Below, piece after piece: positions 11,249 through 22,372 of a stretch of DNA of 59,292 nucleotides; position 1 is the stretch's first letter, and each line of letters opens with the position of its first letter. Source of the stretch: a virus (taxonomy: Duplodnaviria > Heunggongvirae > Uroviricota > Caudoviricetes); IMG/VR virus record IMGVR_UViG_2850784384_000007; one strand, 5' to 3'. The notes beneath the pieces were generated by a model that saw nothing but the letters and a program-made list of their open reading frames with translations, was not told the DNA's origin and searched no databases. The translations under genes were made by a program, and so were the position numbers.

Positions 11249-11577
11249 CAGTTCACCACCTGTTCAAAATCGGCCGTTACAGTCACCCATAACGCCCCCA
11301 CGCTTGCCGACCATTTACGACAAACCACCCTGATCAGTTTCCAGTCATAAGGTGGCGTCCACTGAAATGCGCGGACGCCACCGTGCCGTTCCAGAAAGGC
11401 TTTTAAAGATGGGTGTTCACCTTTACGAACACGTATCGTCACGCTGTAAGTCGACAACTGGTTATTCAGTCCCGCCGCACGACGCTGTTCATAACCATCG
11501 CCCAGCTTCACTGTCACCACTTTCGGCTCTGATACCACATTCATATCCGGGCGCACTTTCCAGTGAAACGTCTCCAT
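11248..11577 (-). CDS. M: minor tail protein M
   Basis: 109 aa, lambda gpM-like, canonical position. Confidence 0.85.
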   Translation of the reverse strand: METFHWKVRPDMNVVSEPKVVTVKLGDGYEQRRAAGLNNQLSTYSVTIRVRKGEHPSLKAFLERHGGVRAFQWTPPYDWKLIRVVCRKWSASVGALWVTVTADFEQVVN

Positions 11578-11593
11578 TACCGGTATGCTCCAC

Positions 11594-14313
11594 TTAACCG
11601 GCCACCATCACGGGCCTGCTGTTGCATAAAGTCCGCGGCCGCTTTTTCCCGAGGTCATAAACCACCTTCAGGGCAGCCGGACCTATCTGCCCGTTCGTGC
11701 CGTCGTTATTGATCTCAATGTTGTACTGCGGGGCAAACATCACCATGCCTGAACCACCAGTATCCGCCACAACCCCCAGCTTACCATCAGCACCGCGACG
11801 CAGTGGCAGAATGGCTTCAGGTCCCGCTTCCCCCATCACACCCGCGCCTTTTGCAAAAGCAAAAAACGTCGGACGGTTAACCACCGTGCCACTGTAGCGA
11901 CTCAAATCAGCAGACTGGTAAACACCGCCATCAGCATTAGTCGTGAAGCCGAATAAAGAACCGACGCCCTTTACCGCCTGCATCATGGCCATCTGTGCCA
12001 TAATTCTGGCCATATCTGACAACAGGGAAGAGGTGAAGGATTTAAAATTCAGCTTACCGGTGGTACAGAATGTCGCCAGTGCATTACCGGCACTGCTGAA
12101 TGCCACTGTAAACATCTGTTCTGCCGTTCCCGCCGCATTATCCGCATCCGCCGTAAAATTCTGAAACGCCCGCATGGCACCGTTTTTCCAGTCGCCCTGC
12201 GCCACTTCCAGTTCCTGCCAGTAGCGTTTGTTTTCATTCAGTTGTCGCTTCAGGCTCCCCTTCAGCACCTCCTCAGCCCTCCGGTAGTCCTCCGTCCCGT
12301 AAGTGCCTTTCTGGCGACTGTCATTCTCAAGCTGTTGCAACTGTTGCCGGTATTCCTGCCGGATGCGCAACTGTGCCTGGTAGCGCTGCCGCTGCTTATC
12401 CCCCATACCTGCAGTGGCAATATCCAGATTGTGCTGCTCACGCAGTGCACGTTCTTTGTCTGCCAGCTGGCTGGTCAGCTGAACCGTTTTTTTCTCAGGT
12501 CGTTAAGCGCTGTCTGTTTCTGCAGCTCCTGCTGTTTCACATCCAGCAGCGTCAGCGCCTGAATCAGCTCATTCTTACGGGCCAGCACACTCTTTTCATC
12601 TGCCGTCAGCTTTTTCCCGTCCAGGTCGCTGATGCGCTGCTGCAGGGCCAGAAGCTGTTTATGCGCTTCAGTCATCCTTTCAGTGGCAATGCCTGCTGAC
12701 TGTCTGGCAGCAGCAATCTGCCCTTCCACCTGTGCCTGCTGCTGACTGTACTGCAGCAATAACCGGGTGGCCTCATCATTACGGGTTGCCCGTGTATTTT
12801 TCTTAATGGCTTTTTCGTAACGTTCATTTTCACGCTGTATCGCCGCATCCCTGACAGCCTGGTCGGCGTACTGCATGGCATTAATACGCGCAATTTCCCG
12901 CTGATGTCGTGCAGCTTCCGTTTCATTCATCCGGTTCAGCGCGGCATTTTCAGCATTCCGGCGTTTCTGTTGCTCCTGGTAATTCCGTTCTGCCTGCGCT
13001 TTTGCATCCTGCAAATCCTTCCGGCGTTTTTTCTCCTGAAGATCGTTAAGACGCTGCTGATCGTACTCCACCTGTGTGGAGGCGTTTGTCCACGGATATT
13101 TTTTCGCGCGCTGAATTTTTTCCTGTAACGCATCAATCTGCGCATCCAGCGAGTCTTCACGACCAATATTCATGGCCGCATCCCAGAACTGCTTCCACCA
13201 GTCAGACAAGGTTTGCAGCGTACTACCCAGCGCATTGAGATTATTATCAATATCAGATGTGCGTTTACCGGTTTCCTCTGCCAGCGCAGACATGGCGATC
13301 CGGGCCGCATCACTGGACCGCCCCTGCTCCCCAAGGACGCGTATCTGCTCAAGCTGAGTGGCATTCAAAAAATGCAGCGCATTGTCCAGCGCCTTCGCGG
13401 CATTTACAGGATCATCCTTCAGCCGCTTAAACTGATTTATGGTATCGCTGACCGACTGGCCAACCGATCGCTCCATCTGTGCGGCAGCTTTCGCCACCAT
13501 ACCAATATCGTTTCCATGAAATGCCCCACTGCCCACCACCTGTGCCAGCGCACCGGCTGCCGCATGTTGCGTGATACCATTCCCGGATATGGCCCGGCTG
13601 AGTTTCCACAACTGCCCGACAGTGACACCGGCATAATGTCCCGTCAGCGCCAGCTGACGGTTAAATTTCTCGCCCTCCTTCCGGCCGTCATGCCAGGCTT
13701 TACCCAGACCCAGGACCGCCGCGACAAGTCCGCCAATAACGCCGCCAGTCATCATGCCTTTCGGCGACATCAGTGCGCCTGTCCATCCGGCACGGTTAGC
13801 CAGCGTTATCCCGGATCCCCTCAGCGCACCAAAATTGCCGCGCGCCATCTGACTGATTAACACCCCCAGCTCCCGCCGGGCTGCCGCACTTTTCAGCCCC
13901 AGCGAATGTGTGGCTTTTCCTGCCCGCTCCATTTTGCGGATATACACTTCTGCAGCACTGCTTACCCCCAGCTGAGCCGCCCTGGCCTGCGCCTGTTCCT
14001 CGCGCATTTTCTGATTCAGGGCATCCACGCGCAGACGGGTTTGTTCCACCTCACGGGCCATGCGTTCATGAGCCCGTGCATTCTTCTCCACCGTCTGCGC
14101 ATGGGCTGATGCTGCTGTTGCAGCCGAAGAAGCCGCCTGCATTGTCTGCCGGGCCGCCTGAGTCTGACGCTCCATAAAACGCTGCATACGGGCAGAAGAC
14201 CGTTCTGCATCGCTGGCTGCACCATTCAGAAGGTTTTTGATACGGGGAATTTCATTTTTAAACTCTGCCGCATCAATCCCCAAATCAATGACCAGGTTGG
14301 CTATCTGGTCCAT
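11594..14313 (-). pseudogene. H: tail tape measure protein H, frameshifted in an A7/T7 homopolymer
   Basis: N-terminal ORF (to stop at 12475) and C-terminal ORF (from 12406) in different frames; C-terminal part matches lambda gpH C-terminus (NNDGTNGQIGPAALK...); adding one base to the T7 run at 12487-12493 restores a continuous frame. Confidence 0.8.
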
Positions 14314-14614
14314 AACGCACACCTCCGGAAATACCTTCCCCAAGATGCATCAGTTCTTCGTCCGTTCGCTCCGGTATCCCGTTCTCTTCCGGTAAAAGGC
14401 TGAAATCAGCCACCGCAGCATCGCTGCTGCCGGACACCATTCTCACGATCAATGCCTTCAGCGAGGCAAACTGCGCATCCATCCACACATCACTGAAGCT
14501 CTGCATCCGGAAATAATCGCCCCACTCACCAAGCTCAGTGGCCGACATATCCGACAGCATCCGCCGCCAGTCTGCCCGCCGGAACTCCCGGGCAAGCCGC
14601 ATGACAAACTGCAT
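14285..14614 (-). CDS. T: tail assembly protein T-frame segment (G-T -1 frameshift product)
   Basis: 109-aa ORF in the -1 frame relative to the G ORF and overlapping its end, as in the lambda G/GT arrangement; slippery heptamer not identified. Confidence 0.6.
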   Translation of the reverse strand: MQFVMRLAREFRRADWRRMLSDMSATELGEWGDYFRMQSFSDVWMDAQFASLKALIVRMVSGSSDAAVADFSLLPEENGIPERTDEELMHLGEGISGGVRYGPDSQPGH

Positions 14615-14622
14615 TTCCCGCG

Positions 14623-15012
14623 TCAGGACTTTTCCGGCGTCAGCGCCTCATGATCATCATCCCCGGCATTCTCAATGGTCCCCATACCGCTCAGCGACAG
14701 AACCCTCTCCGCCCCCGCGCCCAGCGCATCATACGACCATGTTGTCATAATGGATGCGCAAAGCGTCTCAACATCCTGAGACTGCTCAGCATTCCACAGT
14801 GAGCGGGAAACCAGCCAGGCATTGATATCCATTCCCATACGCAGAAAAGCAATCTATCGTTCAGCCTCCGGCAGTTCTCCCTCCTGTGCATCAAACTTTG
14901 CCGTTCGCTGCTGAACAAACGTCAGATATTCAATTCTCTGCAGCCCGGACAGCTCACTGAGCACCACGGACTGTTTTTCATAATTAAACGTATCCTGTTT
15001 CAGAAACATCAT
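14623..15012 (-). pseudogene. G: tail assembly chaperone G with in-frame amber codon
   Basis: Minus-strand reading from ATG near 15012 gives MMFLKQDTFNYEKQSVVLSELSGLQRIEYL... (lambda-G-like), an in-frame TAG at 14854-14856, then ...IAFLRMGMDINAWLVSRSLW... Confidence 0.6.
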
Positions 15013-15066
15013 GTTCTCCGGATGCAAAAGCCCCGGATAACCGGGGCAATGATGAGTATCGTCCTG

Positions 15067-15807
15067 TTATGGTGCGCTGACGGTCACCGCAGCCACTGCC
15101 ACAAACTCTCCGTCAGAGGTCATGCCCACGATGCTGACACTGCCCTGCTTCACGCCTTTCACCGTGGCCACAAGCCCGCTCAGGGTCACCGAAGCAGTCT
15201 GAGGATCTGACGAATGCACACTGATCGCTTTGTCACTGGCCCCGTCAGGTTTTACTGTAAAGGTCAGTGTGGTGGTTGCTCCCGCTTTGACACTGACAGA
15301 TGCCGGTGCCACCGTCAGTCCGGTAACACCCACGGTTTCAGTGCCTTCCTCTGCCAGATACGGACGCCCCACACCGCTGATTTTCACAGTGCGGGTCATC
15401 ACGTCTTTTGAGGCAATGGTTTTACCCAGTGAGCTCAGCCAGCCGCGGAAAACATCAACAGTGCCGTTGGGATATTTGATACGAAACGCGCAGACTTCAC
15501 CGGAGTCGAACAACTGAACCAGTTTTTTCTGCCCGCTGTCACCCGGACGCCAGGCCAGCGTCGCCGAAGTATCACCAACGGATTTCTGCCCCTGGGTTGT
15601 CGTTTTCCAGTCTGCATCTTCATCATCGAGATAAGTGTCATCTTCTGCATCAGCGGTCATTTCGCCAGGTTGCAGATCCTTCACCATCGCAAGACGCAGC
15701 CAGTCAGTGTCCGACAAAGGGTTCGCAAACGCATCGCCGTTGCCGGTATACATCCAGAACGTCGTCCCCGCACCTTTCGTCTTTGCCAGTGGATTTGGTG
15801 TGGTCAT
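15067..15807 (-). CDS. V: major tail protein V with C-terminal Ig-like (Big_2) domain
   Basis: Start at internal MTTPNPLAKTKGAG; lambda gpV-like; C-terminal Ig-like repeat. Confidence 0.85.
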   Translation of the reverse strand: MTTPNPLAKTKGAGTTFWMYTGNGDAFANPLSDTDWLRLAMVKDLQPGEMTADAEDDTYLDDEDADWKTTTQGQKSVGDTSATLAWRPGDSGQKKLVQLFDSGEVCAFRIKYPNGTVDVFRGWLSSLGKTIASKDVMTRTVKISGVGRPYLAEEGTETVGVTGLTVAPASVSVKAGATTTLTFTVKPDGASDKAISVHSSDPQTASVTLSGLVATVKGVKQGSVSIVGMTSDGEFVAVAAVTVSAP

Positions 15808-15817
15808 TACCACCTCC

Positions 15818-16219
15818 TTAATTCGTGTACGTGATCTGGTACGTGATTTCCGCCATCGCCCAGGTAGCCATCTCATTATCACGTTGATAGTTAAAACCGA
15901 GTGGGTTCAGGGTGTCGATGAGTCCGGAAAGTGCCGGTACATCATTCAGGGCCGGGAAAATGGTGCTCTCCATCCACATATCCAGCTCTGAATCCGGTGC
16001 CTGTGCCCGGATGAAGACGGCAATATGCAGAACAGCCTGCCAGTCATCTTCATCCGTCATTTTTCCGGTGTACTGAGCATCACTCAGCCACACCGCCACG
16101 GCAGGCAGTTCCTGCGCATCAATAAATGCCGGAAGCCCGTCAAAAAACGTGGCGCTGTCTCCACACTGTTCCCGAAGGCGTGCCAGCACGCTCTGACGGA
16201 TTTGTGTGTGTCGGTTCAT
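15818..16219 (-). CDS. U: minor tail protein U (tail terminator)
   Basis: 133 aa, clear similarity to lambda gpU (..ATFFDG..PAVAV.L..A.YTG...D.WQA.LHI.VF..AQ.PDSELD.WMES..). Confidence 0.85.
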   Translation of the reverse strand: MNRHTQIRQSVLARLREQCGDSATFFDGLPAFIDAQELPAVAVWLSDAQYTGKMTDEDDWQAVLHIAVFIRAQAPDSELDMWMESTIFPALNDVPALSGLIDTLNPLGFNYQRDNEMATWAMAEITYQITYTN

Positions 16220-16803
16220 TTACTCAGATGTAACCTCAGTTGTTGTTTCAGGGCATACCCCAGCTGTTTCGGCATTTCCGCAGCAATGATGCGGTCGCGG
16301 GCATCTTCAAATGCCTGTGTCAGCGGTCCGGACATCGGGATTTTCACCACATCAATGGGGTAACGATTTTTGCCGTCAATACGCCGCATCACATGCCAGC
16401 GACCATTCGCCAGTTGCTGAATAAACGCATCCCGGAAAAGGTATTTCCCCACTTTCAGTACGCTGCCACGATGACGTGAGTTGCTGCCATGCCGGGAGCG
16501 GGCCAGTCTGACCTGTGCGGTACCCAGCTTAATGGCGGGCAGGTTACCCCGGTTAACACGCATGCGGGCATACATTTTTCCTGAGGGGCTGGCTTTAAGC
16601 AGCCTGACACGCTCCCTGACCGTTTTCAGGGGAATACCTTTCACCTGGTTATCCCCGGCAACGGTATTCTGCGCAACCTGCCGTGTGGCGACAGAAACAA
16701 TCTTTGCCGCCACACGGTTTACCGCCCATGCGCTGGTCTGTGGCACCATGCGGGTATCGAGGCTGTTCAGATTGCGGATGGCATTCTCAAGTCCCTTCAT
16801 CAT
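16216..16803 (-). CDS. Z: minor tail protein Z
   Basis: 195 aa, lambda gpZ-like, canonical position. Confidence 0.8.
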   Translation of the reverse strand: MMKGLENAIRNLNSLDTRMVPQTSAWAVNRVAAKIVSVATRQVAQNTVAGDNQVKGIPLKTVRERVRLLKASPSGKMYARMRVNRGNLPAIKLGTAQVRLARSRHGSNSRHRGSVLKVGKYLFRDAFIQQLANGRWHVMRRIDGKNRYPIDVVKIPMSGPLTQAFEDARDRIIAAEMPKQLGYALKQQLRLHLSK

Positions 16804-17164
16804 ATCGCCTCATTCTGGCATTATTCTGTGGGGCAGGACTGCCCCGCCTTAACCGGATATAACAGCATCCCCCGTCATCCGGAGTAATACGATCCACAAA
16901 GAAAGAATCATCCCCGATAGTTAACGTATCCTGACGGCGTAACTGCGATATATCTGCCGTTTTCACAAACAGGCACGGTGAGGAATCCTCAAGCCGGATC
17001 CCCCCGGCAACAAAAGAAATACTTTCGGGATCATCAAAAACCCCTGTCAGGTGTGTCCCCTCAAGTTCTCCGGACGTAATGACGGCGCTGATCCCCATAT
17101 CACGGAGAATGACTTCATTGACACCGGCAAGCGCAGCATCAAACAGATTATCGAAACCGTCCAC
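16787..17164 (-). CDS. head-tail joining protein FII
   Basis: 125 aa, MDGFDNLFDAALAGV... resembles lambda FII (MADFDNLFDAAIARA...). Confidence 0.8.
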   Translation of the reverse strand: MDGFDNLFDAALAGVNEVILRDMGISAVITSGELEGTHLTGVFDDPESISFVAGGIRLEDSSPCLFVKTADISQLRRQDTLTIGDDSFFVDRITPDDGGCCYIRLRRGSPAPQNNARMRRYDEGT

Positions 17165-17175
17165 GACATCTCCTG

Positions 17176-17562
17176 TTACTGCCTTTTTGCCAGACCACCT
17201 GCCGCCATGCTGGCAGCCACCTCAGCAGAAACACGAAACGACGTTCCCGGTGAAACAAATATCACTGAACCATTACATTTTGTATGCAGTGTCGCCAGTG
17301 CCACCACCGTAACCTGCCCCGTTTCGTCTCCGGTAACAATGCCTGGCTGTTCAGGAACTGACTCGCCTTTATGCGCGGTCGGATCATCTTTCGATGGTGA
17401 GTACGTATCCGGCTCTGCGACCTCCCCCGCATCTCCAAGCTCTTCCTCCAGTTCCGCCACTCGCTGCGCAATATCTGCCGCACTACCGGAGACATCCGGT
17501 TCACGCCCCAGCCTCTCAGCCAGCTCACAAAGACGTTTCAGGTTTTCTTCTTTCGTAGCCAT
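17176..17562 (-). CDS. DNA packaging protein FI
   Basis: Start at internal MATKEENLKRL; lambda FI-like (..LAQRVAELEEEL.. / ..VTVVALATLHT..). Confidence 0.75.
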   Translation of the reverse strand: MATKEENLKRLCELAERLGREPDVSGSAADIAQRVAELEEELGDAGEVAEPDTYSPSKDDPTAHKGESVPEQPGIVTGDETGQVTVVALATLHTKCNGSVIFVSPGTSFRVSAEVAASMAAGGLAKRQ

Positions 17563-17613
17563 ACCCGCTCCTGATTGAATGAAAAACGGGAGCATTTAGC
17601 TCCCGCTCACGGA

Positions 17614-18642
17614 TTATTTCACCTGCACCACCACAAACTCATCCGGATCCGGCAGCACCATCAGCGGCGCGGACTGCGTCATGGTGAATTCACGCGCCGG
17701 ATCACCCACGGTCAGCCAGTGTTTCGGATAACGGGAAGACGCCACCACGCCTTCAGACAATGCCTGCGCATCCTGAATGGCACCGTAGCAACGAATACCC
17801 TCTGCGGCCGTATTTCCCAGTACCAGTGTGCCGTCCGGCAGATAACGTTTTTCGGTACCGTCCTCTGCCACATAGGACGTTTTTGCCACCACGATTGCCA
17901 GATCACCATAATACCCTTTGAAGGACACCACCGCCCCCAGGTCTTTCACTGCCGTTTCCAGCTGTGAATTTGAGCCACGACGGGTATCCAGTTTTTCGCG
18001 GAACAGCTTAAAGCCATTCAGCAGACGCCAGACCTTACCATCCATAATGGCAATATTGATGGTGCCGGAAGCAAAATCACAGTACGCATCCAGATCATGC
18101 GTCGGATCAAAGGTATCGCGGTCCTGAGCGCTCCACTCCGTCCCTCCTGCCTGCGTAATGTTATTTCCCACCGACCGGCCAAAATCGACCTCAACAGTTT
18201 CAAACTGCTCTCCTTCCATGGTGTATTTGCCATACAGCACGGCATTCACCGCCTGCATCTCTTCCACCTGGACAATGGCGTGCTCTTCCTGTTTGAGGTT
18301 ATCGGTGATGATACGCAGGCGACGGTAAGCCGGGTCGTTCAGCTGGGCCGGATCTTCACCGGGAAGACGCTCCACCGCCTGCTGGTAATTAAATTCGTGT
18401 TTCGGATTAACGTAGCCCGGGCGCAGTACACGAGTTTCACCGCCACGGTGACGCAACACCTTTCCTTCAACAACCGGGGAGACATAGGCCGCCACCGGCG
18501 TTTTTCCGGTAATTTTGTCCAGCATTACCTCTTCGGTATGGAAATTCACCGTACGGCGGAAAAACAGCTCCAGAAACAGCGCACGAAATTTAACTTTTTG
18601 TTCGGTATAACCGAGTAACTGGCGGGTCGTAAACAATCCCAT
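17614..18642 (-). CDS. E: major capsid protein E
   Basis: 342 aa, strong similarity to lambda gpE (KLDTRRGSNSQLETAVKDLG..., TGDPAREFTM.QSAPLM). Confidence 0.9.
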   Translation of the reverse strand: MGLFTTRQLLGYTEQKVKFRALFLELFFRRTVNFHTEEVMLDKITGKTPVAAYVSPVVEGKVLRHRGGETRVLRPGYVNPKHEFNYQQAVERLPGEDPAQLNDPAYRRLRIITDNLKQEEHAIVQVEEMQAVNAVLYGKYTMEGEQFETVEVDFGRSVGNNITQAGGTEWSAQDRDTFDPTHDLDAYCDFASGTINIAIMDGKVWRLLNGFKLFREKLDTRRGSNSQLETAVKDLGAVVSFKGYYGDLAIVVAKTSYVAEDGTEKRYLPDGTLVLGNTAAEGIRCYGAIQDAQALSEGVVASSRYPKHWLTVGDPAREFTMTQSAPLMVLPDPDEFVVVQVK

Positions 18643-18699
18643 AAATCAGTTCCTTTCATTCAGAAATCAGTCAGGCTACCGCAGTGACCTGATAAAATG

Positions 18700-19047
18700 T
18701 TACGGCAGCGCTGCGTGACTCAGGGCACTGCCGGCAAAGGCATTCGCCTTTTTGTGTGTATCCACTCTCTCAGGCCAGTGGATGGCCTCCGTCGCAAAGG
18801 TCCCCGACTTGTAATACGTCAGCACCGTCTCTGTACCTTCAAGCGGCAGTACCAGTATGCCAACCACATGGCCTGCCTTCTGTCCGTCCCAGACCACCAG
18901 TTTCCCGGTATCCTCATCCAGCATCAGGGGCGTCAGAGCCGGTGTTGCCGAGGAAATCCCGCTGCTGCCTGTGGCGGTATGGGCCGGATCATTACCGGCA
19001 AAAATACGTACTTCCGCACGCTGTTCAGTGATGGTTTTCGTTACCAT
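18700..19047 (-). CDS. D: head decoration protein D
   Basis: 115 aa, lambda gpD-like (DPAHTAT...TPLMLD...YKSGTF). Confidence 0.85.
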   Translation of the reverse strand: MVTKTITEQRAEVRIFAGNDPAHTATGSSGISSATPALTPLMLDEDTGKLVVWDGQKAGHVVGILVLPLEGTETVLTYYKSGTFATEAIHWPERVDTHKKANAFAGSALSHAALP

Positions 19048-19083
19048 ATTGTAAAAACCTCATATTGATGGTCAGCACTGACT

Positions 19084-20589
19084 TCATGGCATGGCCATGA
19101 GCATTTTCACGTCCGCATCACCGTCTGCTGACGTCTGTGGCACGCCACCCTGTACCGCTGCCGGTGAATGGTTCGCCATGAAATGTTCAAACATGGCGGT
19201 TGTGGATGCAGAAACCGGTTCTGCCCTGCCTGAGGCTGCCGCCAGTACAGCCCGGGCATTCTCCACGGTCATCCCCGGACAGGCCGCCAGTTTTTCAGCC
19301 TGCGCCTCTGCCCCTTTTGCCTCATCCAGGGCCATAATCTGATCACGAAGTGAGGGTCCGGCATTCGCCTGCGGTGAAGCAGCCAGAATCGGACGGGCTT
19401 TTTCCACCGTCATCTCCGGCATCGCCGCCAGCGTTGCCGCCAGTTGTTCACGTCCTTTCGCCTCTTCACATGCCATAATGCGATCGGCTTCACTCTGCGC
19501 AGATACACCAGATTGTTGCGGTGCCGCCACGGCCAGAATCGCCCGGGCCTGCTCAACGCTCATACCCTGTTGCCCTGCCAGCATCGTGGCCAGTTGTTCA
19601 CGTCCTTTCGCTTCCTGACACGTCAGGATCCCCATCACTCGCTGGTTCTCCTGCGCGGCAGCCTCCGTTGCAGTTAATTGCGGCATAGTGCCTCCTGTAT
19701 CGTGTGTGTTCAGCGTCGCAGCCATCACGCTGATGGCGTCCGACGCATTGATTAATTCATCCGCCAGTTCGGCCTCAATACCGGACTGACCTTCAAAAAC
19801 GGCGGCCTCTGTTCCCATAACCGCATCCACAGATAAACCGGTATACATCGCCACTTTTTCAGCAAACATCCGGCGCGCCGCATCAATGCGCTGCTGCATG
19901 TCCTGGCGAACCTTTGCTGGCAGGGATTCAAACTGATTGCCATCCACCTTGTGCGATCCGGCGTAAATCAGCGTGATATCCACACCGGCCTGTGCCAGAT
20001 GACCGGCATAGCTGACATGGCCCATCATCACCCCAATGGAGCCGATACGGGATGTCTGGGTAACCAGCCGTCGGGAGCAGGCCGATGCCAGTAACATGGC
20101 GGCTGAACAGGCCGTGTCATTGCACAGTGCCCAGACAGGCTTCAGCTGCCGGAGACGGTAAATCATGTCAGCGCAGTCAAACGCGCCGGTGGCCTGCCCG
20201 CCAGGACTGTCAATGTCCAGCAGTACGCCCCGTACCTGAGTGTCCGCCATTGCCTGCTGAAGACAGGCGACAATGCCGTCATAGCCAGTCATTCCGGAAA
20301 ATGGCCGCATGCCACCCAGCCGGTGTACCAGCGTGCCGGTCACCGGCAGTACAGCAATACCGTTCACCACCCGGTAAACACGGGCAGGTCGTTTGCCTCC
20401 GGCCATGTACTCGTCCGTTTCAGCCAGCATCCCGGGAGCGTCAAGCTGTACCTGCTGTTGCGGTACCGAAAGGCTTGCTGCGCCCATCTCACGCCCGAGC
20501 GCGCAAAAGAAAACCCGCGCATAGGCGGGCTCCAGAAGCAGCGGCTCATTGAATGCCGCAGCGATAATATGTGAAAGATTACGTCTCAC
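19084..20589 (-). CDS. C: prohead protease / scaffold protein C (ClpP-like N-domain, repeat-containing C-terminal scaffold)
   Basis: 501 aa; ClpP/SppA-like protease region; C-terminal three tandem ~40-aa repeats (EAKGREQLA..MTVE.AR.ILA). Confidence 0.85.
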   Translation of the reverse strand: MRRNLSHIIAAAFNEPLLLEPAYARVFFCALGREMGAASLSVPQQQVQLDAPGMLAETDEYMAGGKRPARVYRVVNGIAVLPVTGTLVHRLGGMRPFSGMTGYDGIVACLQQAMADTQVRGVLLDIDSPGGQATGAFDCADMIYRLRQLKPVWALCNDTACSAAMLLASACSRRLVTQTSRIGSIGVMMGHVSYAGHLAQAGVDITLIYAGSHKVDGNQFESLPAKVRQDMQQRIDAARRMFAEKVAMYTGLSVDAVMGTEAAVFEGQSGIEAELADELINASDAISVMAATLNTHDTGGTMPQLTATEAAAQENQRVMGILTCQEAKGREQLATMLAGQQGMSVEQARAILAVAAPQQSGVSAQSEADRIMACEEAKGREQLAATLAAMPEMTVEKARPILAASPQANAGPSLRDQIMALDEAKGAEAQAEKLAACPGMTVENARAVLAAASGRAEPVSASTTAMFEHFMANHSPAAVQGGVPQTSADGDADVKMLMAMP

Positions 20590-22172
20590 GTGATGTTGTC
20601 TCCTCTTCCGGCCTGCGACTCTCCGCTATCTGCTGCTGATACGCCTGGGCTATCCACACCGGACGTGAGAGTCCGGCTTTTTCGCGCTCTGCGGATTCCC
20701 TGACCTGCTGGCGGAAAATGTCCTGATAATCTTCGCCCATCAGTGCCAGTTCTTTCTCATACGTGCTCAGTCCGGCCTCAATGCGCATCACCGATTCCTG
20801 GACCTCCTTGAGCCCGTCAATGGCCATTCTTCCGGAGCCAATCCACTCTGCCCGTGACCAGGCTGAACGCGCCTGGTAAAAATCAAAACGCGCCCGTGGC
20901 GGACGAATAATCCCCCGAAGAAGCGCCTCTTCCAGCCAGCAGGAAAACATCTGCGTGGCCAGCCGGGCCGCAATAAATTTTCGCCGCCCCATAAAATAGC
21001 GCCACGACTCATTGGCGGAGGCACGGGCACTTGAGTAACTGACCTTCGAGTAATCACGGGACAACTGTTCGTAGGAAACGCCAAGACCGGCTGCAATATA
21101 CCGCAGCAGCGCCTGTTCAAGCGCCGAAAATCCATTGTCTGAATCCTGCGCTGTCTGCAGGTTCAGCGCATCGCCAGGAAAAAAGGTGCGGAATTTTAAC
21201 ACCGCCCAGCGTCACGTTATTCGTGTCATACCAGCGGGTGAACTTCTCCAGAATATTAATAAGCGGATTATCCTGCTGACCTTGCGGTGCCCCCGCGATA
21301 TATTCAAATGCCTTTTCGGTATCAAGTTCACTTTCGATTGTGGCTGCATACATCGCCTTCACAATGGCCGACTGAAGCTGCGTGGCCTGCAGGGAGTCCA
21401 GCATCTTCATCCGCTCCATTACGCTGTAAAACTGATTGGCCCCACGGGTCTGCCCGTCCTCCACCGGCTCAAAAATATGCAGCATGGCCGGACGCCCGGT
21501 GGGAAGCTCACGCGGGATCCGCTCCCAGCGTCCGGCACCAGAGAACGGAAAATCATCCTCACAGATATGGTACGCAATCGCCCGCCCATACCGATCGACC
21601 TCAACCCCGGCCCGCAGAAAGTGGTTCCCCATACCGTGTCCTGGCGTGTCCACCCGTTTCGGACTCACGGCTTTAAAACGCGTACGGAATAACTGCGTGG
21701 TTTCCGTATCCCAGACCGGCTGCACAAAGATTTCGCCGTTAAAGGCATGCACGCCCACCCCTTCACGGATAAATTCCGTAAACGTGCGTTTCCCTTCCAC
21801 GTCGATCTCGCCAAACATTCCTTCTGCGTATTCCGACCAGGCTGCTTCCACCTCCCCGACAAAACTTTTTGCCGTGGTCTCCCGCATCCCCAGCCAACGC
21901 CAGTTCAGACGGTAGCTGATAAGAAACATGTGCCCGACGATATGATCCTTATGCAGGGCCACCGCATTAGCCGCGATACCGTTATTGCGCACCAGATCAT
22001 CTGCCCGGGCATTCCCCAGACGCAATGCAGGCAACAGGGCCGCATCGGCACTCTGCGCCGGTGGTAACCACTCTGCCATTTGCCCGCCAAATCCTGCGCC
22101 GCCTCCGTTGTAGCTGAGACTCTCACGAAGCGGAACGCCGTTCACATCAATCAGGACAGGCGTTCGTTTCAT
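20579..22172 (-). pseudogene. B: portal protein B, frameshifted in a T6/A6 homopolymer
   Basis: ORFs 21117-22172 (351 aa) and 20579-21202 (207 aa) in different frames sum to lambda gpB length; removing one base from the A6 run at 21179-21184 joins them. Confidence 0.8.
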
Positions 22173-22372
22173 AACCTCACTCCCAGCGGTCGGCGGCGTC
22201 GGGTCGTACCCAGAACCGACTCCGCATCGTTGATCGCACGGTTAAGCTCATTCAGGGACGCTGCCGTATATTCGATCCTGCGACCGTCTTTCTGTACCGA
22301 CACAACCCGTTTACCGGTTAATAAATCAAGGCGCGCCTGACGCAGCGCCTGCAGTTCAGCGACTGTAACCAT
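22169..22372 (-). CDS. W: head-tail joining protein W
   Basis: 67 aa, lambda gpW-like, canonical position between A and B. Confidence 0.8.
   Translation of the reverse strand: MVTVAELQALRQARLDLLTGKRVVSVQKDGRRIEYTAASLNELNRAINDAESVLGTTRRRRPLGVRL

Noticed and set aside
14623-14640. Slippery heptamer for the G-T programmed -1 frameshift
   Set aside because: The -1 frame relation of G and T ORFs is as in lambda, but no canonical X-XXY-YYZ heptamer (lambda G-GGA-AAG) could be identified near the G stop, so no site is called.
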